DNA of 63,411 bases, counting the filler, from Octopus bimaculoides (lineage: Eukaryota), in NCBI RefSeq assembly GCF_001194135.2. It is 6 parts of 5 records of this genome, joined end to end, with 100 filler letters (N's around TTAATTAATTAA, not from the genome) between each part and the next. Parts side by side here need not be neighbours in the genome. Positions count along the whole stretch, not along the records: positions 1 to 25,406 come from NC_068997.1; 5 more parts are not named here. One strand, written 5' to 3'. Shown piece by piece: positions 1 through 11,604 of this stretch. A model generated the notes under the pieces. The model saw only the letters and a list, made by a program, of their open reading frames with translations. It was not told the origin of the DNA and searched no databases. How positions within the stretch are numbered: position 1 is the stretch's first letter; the number at the start of each line of letters is the position of its first letter. A program made the position numbers and the translations under genes.

Positions 1-9
1 TATTATTAT

Positions 10-42
<33 letters not shown>

Positions 43-71
43 TATTATTATTGTTATTATTATTATTATTA

Positions 72-147
<76 letters not shown>

Positions 148-158
148 CATTATTATTA

Positions 159-220
<62 letters not shown>
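1..220 (+). repeat. (TAT)n microsatellite grading into a GTT/GCT-rich simple repeat
   Basis: Near-pure TAT array; source of the poly-Leu ORF 9..254. Confidence 0.97.
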
Positions 221-222
<2 letters not shown>

Positions 223-839
223 AGCTGTTGTTCTTCTTAGTATTGTTCTTGTAGTTGTAGCTAGTTTTACTACTGTTGTTGCTGTTGATGTTGTAGTTGT
301 TGTCTGTAATATTGATATCGTTTGTGCTATCGTTTTGTTAATGTTGTTTTTTGCTGTTAGTGTTGCTGTTGTCGTTCTTGGCGGTGGAGTTGGTTCTATT
401 ACTGTCGTTTCATTCCAACTTTACCTTCCTTCAGCAATGTTATGATGAAACCCTTACTCCAGCCATGACCTTCCCTGATTACATTATCCAATCTATCTTC
501 CTTGTTTCAAACATTAGACGAAGGTGATTTGGCTGCTCTTTCTGCCTAAATAGACGACTGCATTATTTTGCTATCGTAGTCCCCGTTTTTGTTGTTATTG
601 TTCTTGTTGCTATGGCAACTGTATTTTCCTGCTTCATGCTGTTGATATGGCAAATTATTATGTCATCTTAGTACAGTTATAATACTACAGATGCTAAATA
701 TAATCACGGACCAGGCCCAAATCTCTACTGAAAGGACACATCGTGTGTTCACATGATGGCCCAGATTATCGGACATTGTTACACATCAGTGGTTACAGTG
801 CAGTCCTGCATAGTTTTAGCTTTTGAATGATGCCGCTTG

Positions 840-1045
840 CTGGCAGAGTGAGCCGGCCAACATTCCTTACCTGATCAGAAGGCTAGTCCGCTGCAGGGTT
901 ATTTAATCATTTACAGCTAAGTGGAGTGGAGCAAAGCGAAATGAAGTGTTTTGCGGCGCAAGAACACAACGCGCAGCCGATCTGAAAAATCTAAACTAGG
1001 ATCTCACGATTGTTAATGCTGCAGGCGTAACCACTTGGCTACGCC
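840..1045 (-). mobile_element. tRNA-derived SINE, family C
   Basis: Minus strand starts CGTAGCCAAGTGGTT (A-box-like); central segment atcatttacagctaagtggagtggagc...gaaatgaagtgttttgc...caagaacacaacgc recurs at 4285-4450 and inverted at 43540-43810. Confidence 0.7.
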
Positions 1046-1084
1046 TTTTCACATTTAAAGAACGCATACATGTCCACAGTTTGC

Positions 1085-1574
1085 CCTCGTAGGGAATGCT
1101 GTTGTCATATTTGTTCAGGTGCATCGTCTTGTTACTTGGATCTCCTCAACTGGGTTCAGAAGCGAGTTTAATTTGATTGGTTCCTCTTTGGCTTCAACCC
1201 TGCAATCCTTTTTACATCAACGTGATGCCACCAGTTTTAGTCGTTTCTGTCGTTGTAACCACAAGAACTGCTCCGATGAACTTTCTCTTCTAGTTCCAGG
1301 TCACTTTATGCCATCTCGTATAACTCGAAAGTCACAGCGTCTTCATCCAAATGCAGTTGTTTTCCCACGAAGAAAGAAGCCTTTCTACGGTCGTAGCTTT
1401 TTACTTCAGACCTTTGGAACTCTTTTCTATCTCATTGTTTCCCTCTTCTTATGACCTGAACTCTTTCAAGTTTAAAGTAAATTCATTCCTTTTGTCTTAA
1501 TTTCTCTTTCTTCATACTCTCTTACACTAAGTGGCTTCTCACCTTCTTTGGGACTTTCTAATACAAAAAAAAAA
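1085..1574 (+). mobile_element. CR1-group LINE (L2/Crack/Daphne-like) 3' end, frameshifted ORF2 C-terminus with A-tail
   Basis: Joined frames read HICSGASSCYLDLLNWVQKRV..NLIGSSLASTLQ..HKNCSDELSLLVP..RITRKSQRLHP..WNSFLSHCFPSSYDLNSFKFKVN, the typical end of such ORF2s; A run at 1565-1574. Confidence 0.75.
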
Positions 1575-1602
1575 TGAATAAAAATAAATATAAAATAAAA
1601 AG

Positions 1603-1650
1603 ATGTTTTGATAAACAGGCGACACTGACCTTTACTGAATTTCTTTACCT
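1603..1650 (-). other. Possible short mitochondrial 16S rRNA-derived fragment (NUMT)
   Basis: Minus strand CGCCTGTTTATCAAAACAT matches the conserved 16Sar site (CGCCTGTTTATCAAAAACAT) with one A missing; upstream AAGAAATTCAGTAAA resembles the 16S AAGGAACTCGGCAAA motif at 9-nt spacing. Confidence 0.35.
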
Positions 1651-1989
1651 TATTTAATTGCACAAATTTTAGAAGTTCACACATACCAATTACAATTATA
1701 CAAAGCCACACAGATGATGAAGGTATATACCTTATGGCAGGTATATCTTTGATCATAAATTAGCTGGATGACGATTGACCTAAGGGCCTAAAAAATATAA
1801 CAAAAACAACAAAAGTAGAAGTAGTATCAGCAACGATAATAACAACACAAGAAGTGAAAAAAAAAAGAAAAAAATAACAATGGCAGCAACATCACCAAAC
1901 ACATCAAAATAAGACAATGACTATAGACAACTGAATAGAAATAACAGCCAAATCTCCCTCATATTATATACTACTGTTTTTAAACGGAA

Positions 1990-2265
1990 GGGTATACCAA
2001 ATAATGTAGTCCGACATTGTAGCTAAATAATGAAAAAATATATAGTGTGATTCGTTAATATTTCTACTTTTCAAATCAAAATTAAGACGGCCTAACATCA
2101 AATGCATTAAGCTCAGTTTTAGCCAACACCCGTACACATTAGGGAAGATTAGCAGATTTAATATGAAACTAGCCAGTCACATCTCCGTATCCAAAGATAC
2201 CAGTGCTCCGTATCATATCATTTGGAGCACCTTAGAGCGAAACCTCACATGCACGCTTTGAATTT
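1990..2265 (+). mobile_element. Penelope-like element, decayed GIY-YIG endonuclease region
   Basis: Frameshifted GLTSNA..KLSFSQHPYTLGKISRFNMKLASHISVSKDTSAPYHIIWSTLER follows the PLE pattern G(L)TxxxFKxRxxxH..LSxHIWxLK..YxIxW. Confidence 0.5.
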
Positions 2266-2439
2266 CTTGCCCCCNNNNNNNNNNNNNNNNNNNNNNNNNN
2301 NNNNNNNNNNNNNNNNNNNNNNNNNNNAGCACAGAAGAGAACATAAACGTGGTTTGGCGACAGAGCTTACCTCATTCTATTGATAGAAAAAGCTCTTCCT
2401 TGTAAGAAACATTTTTACATCCCCACAGATATACCACTT

Positions 2440-2600
2440 CTTTCTCAAATCCTCCTCACTATGCAATTACCGTTCTTTAAAAACAAAACAAACAAACAAA
2501 AAAATAAGTACCGAGATCGACGCTCAACTAAATCTTTTCAAGGTCGTGCTCCAGCATGACCGCACTTCAATGACTGAAGCAAGTTACAGATAAAAGCCAC
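2440..2600 (+). mobile_element. SINE 3' tail fragment (family B-type tail)
   Basis: gtgctccagcatgaccgcacttcaatgactgaagcaag matches the tail at 17735-17765 and, inverted, at 16150-16190, 47880-47915 and 50360-50400. Confidence 0.6.
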
Positions 2601-2946
2601 GTATAAATAGTGGGATGCTAATGAATTATTTCTGTAATTGTAAGTTAGTAGATGTACACGTTTGTATATGTATGTATGCATTCATGCATAATGCAATGTG
2701 TGCACCCCTAGGTACATATACACGTTTATAGAAATATTTGGTCGAACGATACAGAAATATTTTTGCATGATTTCCCCTGATTACCTGTATCTTCTTAAAT
2801 TTGTATTGCTGGAGATGTGTGCGTTTTATCATCTATGTACACCTTTTTATCTTTATAAACACGTGCATTTATCTATCTATCTATCTATCTATCTATGTGT
2901 GTGTGTGTATATCCTATGCATTATATATGCGTGTGTATTTATAAAG

Positions 2947-2977
<31 letters not shown>

Positions 2978-3320
2978 NNNNNNNNNNNNNNNNNNNNNNN
3001 NNNNNNNNNNNNNNNNNNNNNNNNNNNNNNNNNNNNNNNNNNNNNNNNNNNNNNNNNNNNNNNNNNNNNNNNNNNNNNNNNNNNNNNNNNNNNNNNNNNA
3101 TATATATATATATATAGATATGCATATACAAGCACAAATATACATTGACAAACATACATATATACATACATGCGTATACTTATACATGCATACGCTTACA
3201 CACACATATATATACGTATATGCGTATATCTATATGTCTATCTATCTATATATCCATATATATAAACACACACACGTATATATATATATACACATATACA
3301 TATACATACATGCAAAAATC

Positions 3321-3356
<36 letters not shown>

Positions 3357-3787
3357 TTTGTTCATAATTCATGGGATCTCATGCAGATCTGCCAGAATTC
3401 TTCATACTCACCATAACTTCAGAAGGCATTTTACCAAATCAGAATCGTTTTCTATGAGTCGAGAATTCCAGAAAGATCTAGTTATATTAAAAGAGAATCG
3501 GTGGGCGATCAGATAACATCAAGGTTAATGCCTTTATGTACGCCATCGAATGGAGCATCACCAAACCTCTATCAGTGCATTATTGTTCAGCATAACAATA
3601 TACATCATTCAAACCTATAAGGGGCTTTATGTATGTACTATACCCGCTAGAAAGAAGAGCCTGCCCCCGCTCAAATTTACCTGTTATAGTGTTAAAAGAA
3701 AAAGAAAGTCACAAGTTTCTTCCCGAGTCATATATAGACTGATAGGGTCGGTTTCCATTCTTTATATAATTCCTCACTTGGACGGGA

Positions 3788-4258
3788 CGCGAAATTTTTT
3801 CCCATGTGAGTTCCGGACCCCAGTAATGAACTCATTTGCATACAGCCAAACAGAGCTCACCTTGCCCTTGTTGCCAAGTTAACAAACACACTCCACCTAG
3901 TAAACTCAAGACGAAGAACGGGGTTGTAAATCGACCGATCGCCAAGTTATGCCTGATTTTAGCAGGAGACAAGTAATTAGATAGATTTGCATCTATACCT
4001 ATCATCGGATCTTGTTAGGGCCCCATATGGTAAAGATGTGGATGGGAAAAATGTGGGTAGAGGGTGATTTGTTAGCAACCCTTTCCCCTTACAGATTTAC
4101 AAAGTAAGCAACAACACAAATAACTACGCAGTGATCTTATCTTATCGCCCATCACTAATTATGCACCCATAAATTAGTTTGATAGTTGAGCTCTGATTGG
4201 CTGTATGCAAATGAGCTCATAACTGGGGTCCGGAACTCTCGTGGGGAAAAAAATCGCG
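3788..4258. mobile_element. MITE-like element with ~72-bp inverted arms
   Basis: 3788-3859 is the near-exact reverse complement of 4187-4258; spacer ~327 bp; both arms contain the ATTTGCAT octamer. Confidence 0.75.
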
Positions 4259-4284
4259 GACGGGACGCCGGTCCGTCGCAGGAT

Positions 4285-4450
4285 TATTCATTTTTGTCAG
4301 TTGAGTGAACTGGAGTATCGGAAAATGAAGTGTTTTGCCCAAGAACACAACGCATCACCCAATCCAGGAATCGAAACAACAATCTTACAATCATAACTTC
4401 AACACCATAACCTTTAAACCACACGCCACCACTCAATGCTTGGTTAGTGT
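4285..4450 (-). mobile_element. tRNA-derived SINE, family C
   Basis: Shares gaaaatgaagtgttttgcccaagaacacaacgc and an aggaatcgaaac B-box complement with 840-1045. Confidence 0.65.
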
Positions 4451-7069
4451 AATCAAAAAGGAGATGGTCATAGGTAGGATGGATCTGAGCTATGACAAAC
4501 ACCACCACCACCAACAACAACGTTAACAAAAACAATAACAACAACAACAACAACCAAACTATCAATTCTGTTGTGAACTGACTTGTTCAGAGGCAAGATC
4601 ATAACACCATTTCTCCGAAGGTTTCCTGAGAAAATATTGAAATACAAGGTAAGAGTACATAACGTCGATTTGTACTGTTATTAATAACTCATATTGTTTT
4701 AGTTTAAACAAATAAAGATATTTATTTATATTCGACAATGTTTCATGCAAACCAAACAACTGTGTTTCCAATGCAATTTTAACCTATGCAGAAGACGTTA
4801 CTCCATAATAGTCATAGATATTTCAGCTCAAAGAAGCTCTAGAACTGAAGATTACTACAAGTTTACCAATTCCAGTGAGACTCCCTACTGTAATGGAAGA
4901 CAAATAAGTTCGAGCATGAAATCTTGAAGTTTGTTGAGGAATCAAAGTTTATGAAATCTTTTGATATTTATGTGGAACATGTGAAAATATAAAATACAGA
5001 CAGACATTGCCAAGTGAAATATCGAATCTTCAGATGAAAGAAATGGAAAAAAAAAAAAACACTGCCCATACACATACACACACACGAATGGAGAAATGAA
5101 ATAAAATAAAACGAAATAAAAGCAAAACAAAACTTCTGTAATTGATTCTAAAAGTTCAGCTTCACCTGGAGGAATTGTTTGGAATATTTGTTCAAGAACG
5201 AACGATGCGAAAGATGCAAGAGAAAAAAAATATATATATGAAAGATGAAAAAATCATAAAGAGTAAGAAAAAATCTAGAATATGAAAAGTAGAATGAACA
5301 ACGAAATTAAGTTATGTTGGTGATTCTTAAGCAGAAACCTTGTTTGTTAGAGATAATTCCTTACAGAAATAATGGTCATTTTATTGGGTTAAATAGCTAG
5401 TTTCGACTTTACTGCTATCAAACTAAAAATGTTAGATCGGTTTTGAAACTTTTCCCTTGGGATTCAGATTAAAGCTAATAAAAGTGATATTATAAGCGCT
5501 GCCATGATTGATGTCATCCAATTATCTTTGAAAAGCAGTCAACCGTCACAATTTGTGTGTATGTCCATGCCTTCCTCACAGTGAATGAAGATTAGGTCCG
5601 GGGGGCGGCGGACGGACGTGGGTATGAGAAGAGATGCGTACACTTTCAAAGTCTTATGATGTGTGCGTGTGTGTGAATGTGTGTGTATGAGTGCGTGTGT
5701 TTCTTATTTTTACAGCAGAATTAGCAGATTACATGATTGCTTGATTGTTCAAACATATACGGACGTATAGAGACATATATAAACATATAGAGAGACGTAT
5801 GTAGATTTACAGAGAACATATAGACGCTATAAAACATGTACAAACGCATATAGACATGCAGACATATAGACATACATAAACATGTATAGAGATAAAGAGA
5901 AATAGAAACGTGTGCAGACTTACAAAGAACATATAGACACACACATACAAACATATATAGACATAAAAGACATATATAAATATATAAATATACAAACATA
6001 TACAAACCTATATAGACATACAGAGACATATTATATCATACAATATGTGGGGGTGTTTGAATACATGCAGCGCCTGCACAAAGCGTTCCATGAGTTCAAT
6101 GCAGTGAGATGATGTCAGAATATATTTGTTTCAGTTGTGCAAACTTTTACCCACAAGTCGCATCTAGCTAACGCTCAAACGATTCCCATTCTCTCACCAG
6201 CTGACTAATAGTGAAATATGGCAGCCAAATATTATTCTAGAATCAACATCACTGGAATATGAATTGCTGATTTCGACATTCCATCTCACACACTTACTCT
6301 ACTCACACGCACACGCACACGCACACATCCACACACACACACACACACACAGATTCGTATTTGTAAGCGTATGAGTGTCTAAATATTTGTGAATGAGTCT
6401 ACATATGTGTGTGTGTGTGTGTGTGTATCCATGTGTGCGTGTGCGTGTGTGTATTAGCATGTGTATGTGTGTGTGTGTGAATCTATACGCAATCACATAT
6501 GCACTTACAGAGTTTACTGTATGTTCTGCTTTAAAAGAAATGGCATTGGTTAAGAAAAAGTACTCAATTCAGCAACTAGAGTCAATATATTTTTTAAATG
6601 AAAGTTATGAATCTTCTAAGACTTGCCTTGTTTCCTTCACTTTGATGATTTCTCAAGTTACGTAGCGGTTACTGTTTTATATAAGTACATACATACATAC
6701 ATACATACATACATACATACACACACAAAGGCACACACATACATACATACATANNNNNNNNNNNNNNNNNNNNNNNNNNNNNNNNNNNNNNNNNNNNNNN
6801 NNNNNNNNNNNNNNNNNNNNNNNNNNNNNNNNNNNNNNNNNNNNNNNNNNNNNNNNNNNNNNNNNNNNNNNNNNNNNNNNNNNNNNNNNNNNNNNNNNNN
6901 NNNNNNNNNNNNNNNNNNNNNNNNNNNNNNNNNNNNNNNNNNNNNNNNNNNNNNNNNNNNNNNNNNNNNNNNNNNNNNNNNNNNNNNNNNNNNNNNNNNN
7001 NNNNNNNNNNNNNNNNNNNNNNNNNNNNNNNNNNNNNNNNNNNNNNNNNNNNNNNNNNNNNNNNNNNNN

Positions 7070-7109
<40 letters not shown>

Positions 7110-7161
7110 TATATATATATACGTCATTTTGGTATATGGAGACAGGTACACACACCGACAA

Positions 7162-7202
<41 letters not shown>

Positions 7203-7331
7203 AACACACATGCACGCACGCACAAAAACATGAAGATGCAGACAACGTACATACATACGTACACAAACAAATGCATACATATATGCACACATGCATGCAT
7301 GTATAATGCATGCATACATACATACGTACAT

Positions 7332-8245
7332 ACATCATAAGTCTTGGATAACATCATAAGACTTGGAAGGCACCTCCTTCTGCAACATTCTTTGTCTGAT
7401 AACCTAAAATACATGCCCAAAGAAGTCACACAACTCTACCGGAACGTATGATCAGATGAAAGGTTGAGCCTATATGACCAGAAGACTATGCATGGATATA
7501 CTAGTAGAAAGCTCCGTGATAATAGTAACATTGATCATCAAAGCAGTTTATCATGGACCAATAGCTGGGTTACTACTTCTCACTTTGAAAGGTATGCGTT
7601 TTCAATCCAGTAACAGGAAATATCAACCAAGTACCTGATGCACAAAAAGGATAGAGATGCAGGAAAAGAAGTAAAATGTGACAACCGATGCAGACTTTGT
7701 GGAGTCAACACCCAAGATATCCCCCATATCATAAGCAGTTGTCCGAAAATGTAATCACGGTATTATCTACCGAGGAAACATGACGTTGTAGCTACGACAC
7801 TCTATAATGAAATCCGTTGGAAGGATAATCCCGTGAACAAAGAAATAAAACCCCACAATATGGTAGAAGCCATAGCCCCTCATAATGAAAAGGAATACTG
7901 GTGGAATGTACCAGTGATGACCTCAATAAAATGTAATCACAACAAACCTGATATAATAATTTGGGATAGAGAAGAGAAACTTTGCACAGATGTGGAAATT
8001 AGCTGCCCAGCGGATGTCAAAATAAAGCTGAAGATCAGTGAAAAAGAGAACACCTACGATGAACTATTGAGAAATCTGCAGTTACTCTATCGAGATTACA
8101 AGTTCAGGTTTATACCTGTAATTATTGGGGCCCTGGGATCAAAACCAGAAAGGAAAAAGCTAATTCGAAGAATACAGATCCAATCCATCACTGGAACTAT
8201 AAAAATCTGTAAAACTTTCCAGAAGTTTGCATGTCTAGATATATA
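7332..8245 (+). mobile_element. R4/Dong-type RLE non-LTR retrotransposon, 5'-truncated 3' fragment
   Basis: CDNRCRLCG..HIISSC..HD zinc knuckle followed by KPDIIIWD..DVEISCPAD..K..EK..Y..IPVIIGALG (restriction-like endonuclease); in-frame stops upstream; flanked by (TACA)n. Confidence 0.88.
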
Positions 8246-8572
8246 ACTATATGCATGAAAATACATACATACATACATACAAAAGTACCCTGTTGTTGAT
8301 GTTGAAATTTCAATGAAGGAACCTTGGATCTAGGTTAGAAACCGGTTCTTTCTCTATTAGTATGAAATCTTAAAATAAACTGAATAATGACATATATGTA
8401 TACACAGCGTGCACGTGTACATATGTACACAAGCACGCTGACACACACACACATGCACACGAACAAACAAAAGGAACCCAGCTCCGATAACGCACAGTCA
8501 AAATTGAGTGGAAATCGAACCGGTGAGTGTGTTAGTTCATAAGGCGTAAATACAAAAGGACTCTCCCTAGAG

Positions 8573-8616
<44 letters not shown>

Positions 8617-8679
8617 NNNNNNNNNNNNNNNNNNNNNNNNNNNNNNNNNNNNNNNNNNNNNNNNNNNGTGTGCATACAT

Positions 8680-8836
8680 ACATTATTTACATTTGACAGA
8701 TATTTGTCCTCATCTTGTTTGTTGTTAACCCAACGTTTCGGCTGATATACCCTCCAGCCTTCATCAGGTGTCTTGGGGAAATATCGAACCTGGGTTCTCT
8801 TTCCTAAGGTATTTTTCGTTGTTGTTGTTGTTGTTG

Positions 8837-8878
<42 letters not shown>

Positions 8879-8885
8879 TCATTGC
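8680..8885 (-). mobile_element. Repeat carrying a hammerhead-like motif (Penelope/retrozyme-like terminus)
   Basis: Minus strand CTGATGAAGGCTG...CAGCCGAAACGTT is the motif characteristic of PLE terminal repeats; includes an internal (AAT)n/(AAC)n array. Confidence 0.5.
8728..8771 (-). ncRNA. Candidate minimal type I hammerhead ribozyme
   Basis: ACAC-CUGAUGA-A-GGCUG(10-nt loop)CAGCC-GAAAC-GUU-GGGU: both core boxes, 5-bp helix II, palindromic AACGUU at helix III, helix I ACAC/GGGU with one mismatch. Confidence 0.55.
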
Positions 8886-9579
8886 TTGAACTGTTTGAAG
8901 CCGATGAAGAAAATTTTCTTGCACGTTTCATTACAATGGACAAAGGTTGGGTTCATCACTACCAGCCTCTGAAACCAAAGAACAATCAAAGCATACATCG
9001 TCTCCTACCCCAAAGAAGGCCAGGGTCATTCCTTCAGCTGGCAAGGTCATGGCGTCCGTTTTCGAGGATTCTCAAGGTGTCTGCTGATCGATTACCTTGA
9101 AAAGGGTCACACCGTGACAGGGCTGTATTATTCTCAACTACTGAAATGCCTCCAAGAAGCAATCAAAGAAAAAAAGGCTGGGAATGCTCACCAGATGAGT
9201 CCTTTTTCATCACGACAATGCTCCAGCCCACACCTCAGTGGTTGCCATGGTAACAATTTGTGATTGTGGATACGAAACTTGTTCCCCATCCGCCTAATTT
9301 GCCAGACGTAGCCCCTTCTGACTTTCATCTATTTCCAAAATTGAAAAATGCCCTGGCTGGTCACCATTTTGCCATTGACAATGACATCATAGATGCTGTA
9401 AGAAGTTTCTTGGAGACTCGAACAAAAGAGTTCTTCTATGCCGGGATAATGGCACTTCAGCACCGCTGGAGAAAGTGTTCAGCCATCGAGGGGGACTATG
9501 TTGAAAAATAAATCATCAAGAAGTCTAGTACCATGTTCTGTTTTTTTTGAGGCTCAAGACTTTTCATACACCTCTCGTA
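8884..9579 (+). mobile_element. mariner (D,D34D) transposon, 5'-truncated, frameshifted, with 3' TIR and TA
   Basis: RFITMDKGWVHHY, HHDNAPAH, PHPPNLPDVAPSDFHLFPKLK and ..EGDYVEK* motifs; ends ..ttttcatacacctctcg-TA. Confidence 0.92.
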
Positions 9580-9619
9580 TATAAATATGTGTGTGTGTAT
9601 TTATGTATGTAACTTCTTT

Positions 9620-9891
9620 TCTCTCCCTTTTCTTGTTTAGTCACAGGAGTGACTCCATTGTGGGGCTCTGCTACGAAATGTTTAGTCGAGCAAATCGACT
9701 CCAGGACATGTTTTTTAAAGTCTGGTACCTAATTTACTGACCCTTTTACTGAACCGTTAAGCTGGGAGCAAATAAAGAAACACCAGTCGTCAAGCAGATG
9801 TATTAGGACAAGCACAATTACCGACATATACACACGCATTCATACATATACATATACATATACACACATACATACACATACACGTATATGC

Positions 9892-9939
<48 letters not shown>

Positions 9940-10400
9940 ANNNNNNNNNNNNNNNNNNNNNNNNNNNNNNNNNNNNNNNNNNNNNNNNNNNNNNNNNNNN
10001 NNNNNNNNNNNNNNNNNNNNNNNNNNNNNNNNNNNNNNNNNNNNNNNNNNNNNNNNNNNNNNNNNNNNNNNNNNNNNNNNNNNNNNNNNNNNNNNNNNNN
10101 NNNNNNNNNNNNNNNNNNNNNNNNNNNNNNNNNNNNNNNNNNNNNNNNNNNNNNNNNNNNNNNNNNNNNNNNNNNNNNNNNNNNNNNNNNNNNNNNNNNN
10201 NNNNNNNNNNNNNNNNNNNNNNNNNNNNNNNNNNNNNNNNNNNNNNNNNNNNNNNNNNNNNNNNNNNNNNNNNNNNNNNNNNNNNNNNNNNNNNNNNNNN
10301 NNNNNNNNNNNNNNNNNNNNNNNNNNNNATATATAAGATACGATTTCACTCAGTTTCCGTCAACTAAATTCACTCGCAAAGTGTTGGTGAATCCAGGGCA
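9620..10400 (-). mobile_element. Family B SINE spanning an internal microsatellite and gap
   Basis: Tail and body at 9620-9830; cagtttccgtcaactaaattcactcgcaaag at 10350-10381; same order as the complete copy at 50341-50867. Confidence 0.55.
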
Positions 10401-10424
10401 ACACTTTTGTTTCTCAATAATCCT

Positions 10425-10595
10425 TTCTGTTGTCGGCACAAGGCTTGAAATTTCGGAGGAAGGAGCCAGATCTCTTACATCGACCTCAATGCTCAACTGG
10501 CACTTATTTTACCGACCCCAAAAGGCTGAAAGACGAAGTCGATCGCGGTGGAATTCGAATTCAGAACGAAAAGTCAGACGAAACGCTGTCCGGTG
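10425..10595 (-). mobile_element. Family A SINE, degenerate
   Basis: catcgacctcaatgctcaactggcacttattttaccgaccccaaaaggctgaaag matches the family A core. Confidence 0.7.
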
Positions 10596-10680
10596 TGTGA
10601 TAATACATGCAAAAGAATATTGATGATGTTGACAAAAATATGAATATTTTACGTACATTAATACTTTTTTAAATTTATTA

Positions 10681-10782
10681 AGGCGGTGAGTTGGCAGAAT
10701 CGTTAGCACGCCGAACAAAATGCTTGGCGCCATTTCGTCCGTCTTTATGTTCTGATTTCAAATTCCACCGTGGTCGACTTTA
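10681..10782 (+). mobile_element. Family A SINE 5' half
   Basis: aggcggtgagttggcagaatcgttagcacgccg..ttcaaattccaccg tRNA-like head. Confidence 0.8.
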
Positions 10783-10870
10783 TTAATTCTGTTTCTTTCC
10801 TGGAGAAGTTGTTGATATGTCTCAAAACAATTCCATTTTTACACAGTTAGAATTTAAACAATATTGATTT

Positions 10871-11072
10871 CAAATTTTGGCACAAGACCAACAAGCTCGG
10901 GTGCAAATTGATTGCAACGACTCCAGTGCTCAATCGATACTTATTTAATCGACCCCGAAAGGATGAAAAGCAAAGTCAACCTCGGCGGAATTTGAACTCA
11001 GAACGTAACGGCAGACGAAATACTGCTAAGCATTTCGCCCGGCGTGCTAACCACTCTGCCAGCTCGACGCCT
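10871..11072 (-). mobile_element. Family A SINE, near full length
   Basis: atcgaccccgaaaggatgaaaagcaaagtcaacctcggcggaatttgaactcagaacg..ctgccagctcg. Confidence 0.85.
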
Positions 11073-11389
11073 TCTCCATATTGATGTTTCTGTCTTGAAA
11101 TGTAAACTCACGAGAAAAGCAAGACCTTTCTTACGTCATTAAGTTGAATAACGTTGCCAAGAGACATTGGCAAGTACAATCGTTTTTTTATCATAAACGC
11201 TTATTGCAACAACATACAAAAACGAGATTTTTCTTTGGGTGTCCTTTACAAGACGCCATTTTGCTGCCTGTAGCCCATTCTGAGAAAAAGATAGATAGAT
11301 AGATAGATAAAGAAGAGAGAGAAAGAGAGGAGAGAGAAAGGGAGGAGAAAGAAAGAGAGGAGAGAGACAGTGACAAATGTAGATGCTTG

Positions 11390-11560
11390 ACTGCTAAATC
11401 CAGAAGCTTTCTTTTTTTTATTCTCTCTGTTTATTTTCTCTTATTCCTTTCTGCTGAAGAGCGTAGGCTCGAAACGTAGAAGACTTTTTCATTTCCCTGA
11501 ACTAATACACCTGCTTGTTGTTCATACACCTGTCTTCGTCTTTTGTTTTTCCGTAAATGT
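11390..11560 (+). mobile_element. Possible Penelope-type terminal repeat with degenerate hammerhead-like core
   Basis: CTGAAGA-GCGTAGGCTC-GAAACGTA at 11454-11478; helix I pairing not convincing. Confidence 0.35.
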
Positions 11561-11561
11561 C

Positions 11562-11595
<34 letters not shown>

Positions 11596-11604
11596 AGAGT
11601 GTAT

